From Octopus sinensis (lineage: Eukaryota), in NCBI RefSeq assembly GCF_006345805.1, contig NC_043000.1:70680001-70744000 (forward strand): a stretch of DNA of 64,000 nucleotides, in the 5' to 3' direction. Every line of letters begins with the position of its first letter. Within the stretch, counting starts at the first letter, position 1. Shown one piece after another: positions 62,030-64,000 of the stretch. Made by a program: the position numbers and the translations under genes. Under the pieces are notes generated by a model. It was not told where the DNA came from, made no database searches, and saw only the letters and a program-made list of their open reading frames with translations.

Positions 62030-63050
62030 CTATATTTAAGAGATAAGGAATTATTTACATTTGACTGATATTTGTCCTCATCTTGTTTGTTGTTAACACG
62101 TTTTGGCTGAAATTTTGAACATGATTTCTCATTCCTAAGGTATTATTCAATGTTATTATTATTATTATTATTATTACTACTCAGGTAACTGCCTGGAATT
62201 GAACTCGGAATCTTGGGGTTAGTAGCACATGCTCTTAACCACTACACCATATGCCCGTGGGCAATTATGGAGTGAATTTTAGGGCTTATAAATCTAATAT
62301 TTTCCTATCCTTCCTTAATACCAGTTCCCATATGCTATTCATATCTGCTTTGGAGGTTGTTGTGTTCTAACATATGTGCTGCTTCTTTTAGTTTTCCTAT
62401 TTTCCAGTCGTGTTCTCTGTCTATTATTTTAACTTCATCCCACAGGGGGAAGAGGTCCCCATTTTCCCATACATGATCAGCTATACCTGATTTATCAATA
62501 TCTCTTCATGTCACAGCTTTGCGATGTTCCTCTACCCTTATTTTGAGGGGGCAGCATGTTTTGCCTTTGTGTAACCTACCACAGCTGCATGGGATGGAGT
62601 ACATGCAGTTTTTTGTTCATATTCTCTTCTTTTGGTGGTTTTACTCAAAGGAGATATTTGCGAAGTGTTGAATACTCTTGAATACTGTCCTGATGTCATA
62701 TGGGCTGCATATCTTTTGTATCTTTTCAGAGAGGCCTTTCACATAGGGTAGACAGACTGTGGACAGTTTATTGGTTTTATCTTCTCTTTTCTTCATAATT
62801 GGTGTGGATAGTATGTTTTTGGGGTAGTTGTTGTTTAATAGATTGTTACTGAGCTTGATCATTTCTCTGTGGTTGGTATCATGATCACTACTTATATTCT
62901 TTGCTTGATGATTTAGGCGCTGAGCAATCCCTTTCTTTACACTGTATGGATGGTGGGAATTAAAAAAAATATTCATTCTTGTTCTTAGTTTTTCCTTTTC
63001 TTCAAATTGTCTTGAATGTATAGGTGTAAACAATACTACCATTGCTAAGA
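62030..63050 (-). mobile_element. Penelope-like element 3' part (RT C-terminus, GIY-YIG endonuclease, tRNA-like tail region)
   Basis: FNSHHPYSVKKGI...VCLPYVKGLSEKIQKICSPYDIRTVF, then KNCMYSIPCSCGRLHKGKTCCPLKIRVEEHRKAV...SGIADHVWE...KLKEAAHM. Confidence 0.85.
62181..62256 (-). promoter_or_regulatory. tRNA-like Pol III promoter module (A box TGGTGTAGTGG, B box GAGTTCAATTCC); not a functional tRNA
   Basis: GGGCATATGGTGTAGTGGTTAAGAGCATGTGCTACTAACCCCAAGATTCCGAGTTCAATTCCAGGC followed by (AAT)n. The acceptor stem is not well formed. Confidence 0.6.
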
Positions 63051-63979
63051 TCTCCCTTGACCTTTGGTTTTACTCCCACTACACCACAAAACCCCTTATT
63101 TCAGTTCTTATTGTCCATGATTTATCTTTTACCCATTGAATACTATTAATACCAATTTCTCAACTAGTTGTCACAGCTACTTTTTCTTCTATGACATGCT
63201 ACATGTATAGACATATAATTTCTTACTCTCCAACGAAGGGCCCTGCTCGAAATGTTACTCCCTTCCTCTTCCTTATGGCAAAGTGACTACATTAAGTATA
63301 TTAGTTCACACTTAACTATATCTTCTTCATGCAAAAGACATTCCTGAGAAATTTTCTGATATAATATAATTTATATCATTAGTTTGCAATTTGAATAAGC
63401 AATTTGGGTGTGAAGGAGAAAAGTTAACATTTTTGAACAGAACTCTCCATAGAAAGACCCTGCTTGAAACTTCAAACTTTTCTTCAAGACAAAATAATTT
63501 GTGCCAACTCAGGCCATCACTAGTCTCCTGGAATTCTAGTGTTACTCTTTGTCAACTTGGATACATGATATTTAATCATTTAATAAGCTGAGTTTCTTTA
63601 ACATTGAATATTCATATTATCCCCCTTAGATCAGGACAGTGTACTAGAGAAAGCAGCATTCCTTAATGTTGTGATAATAGTAATTATCAAAGAGGGTACC
63701 TGCACATGATACTCAACCAGCTAAAAAAAAAAAAGGCAGCCAAATCTCCTTCAAATCACATCTAATGGTTAAGAAAGAAAAAAGACACACTGAACAACGT
63801 AGTGCAAAGTAAGTAATTCCTGAAAAAGACTGAATGGTTATGATTTGCATGCCTTTCATTAAAGATGATGTCAGGCTAAACATCAACTTCTAGGTACTTT
63901 TCTACCTACTTTATCTGATACTTCCACATTATTGGTAATTCTAAGTTATTCCTTTATTAATCTTGTTTTTTTTCTACAG

Positions 63980-64000
63980 ATGACACATTTAACAAATTGT
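63980..64000 (+). other. Possible start of a + strand exon at the window edge
   Basis: Strong acceptor tcttgttttttttctacag| preceded by branch-like ctaag/ttaat. Only 21 nt of exon are visible. Confidence 0.35.

Overview
AT-rich, repeat-dense metazoan genomic DNA. The RTE LINEs with (GAT)n tails, tRNA-derived SINEs and mariner/Tc1 elements look like a cephalopod (octopus-like); this is inferred from repeat content only. The one fully supported gene is CDK20/CCRK on the minus strand: 10 coding exons from 45139 to 14299, all GT-AG, 1023 nt = 340 aa + stop. Its cyclin-binding helix reads PSTAIRE rather than the PNQALRE of human CDK20. A CpG-rich, probably bidirectional promoter lies at about 46.9-49.2 kb, and weak + strand exon candidates sit at both window edges. 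The rest is mostly decayed mobile DNA: RTE, HERO-like, R4/Dong-like and Penelope-like retroelements, Tc1/mariner (one nested), a solo LTR with a 4-bp TSD, a non-autonomous Helitron, MITEs and SINEs. The most striking unannotated signal is in CDK20 coding intron 4 (22.0-24.5 kb). Two different ~355-bp tandem-unit elements lie side by side there, each carrying type I hammerhead ribozyme motifs. One hammerhead (+ strand, 23113-23186) has a fully intact core. The other family has two head-to-head copies with compensatory stem III changes. Together they are a candidate retrozyme / Penelope-dependent self-cleaving RNA system. All calls were made by eye with no database searches.
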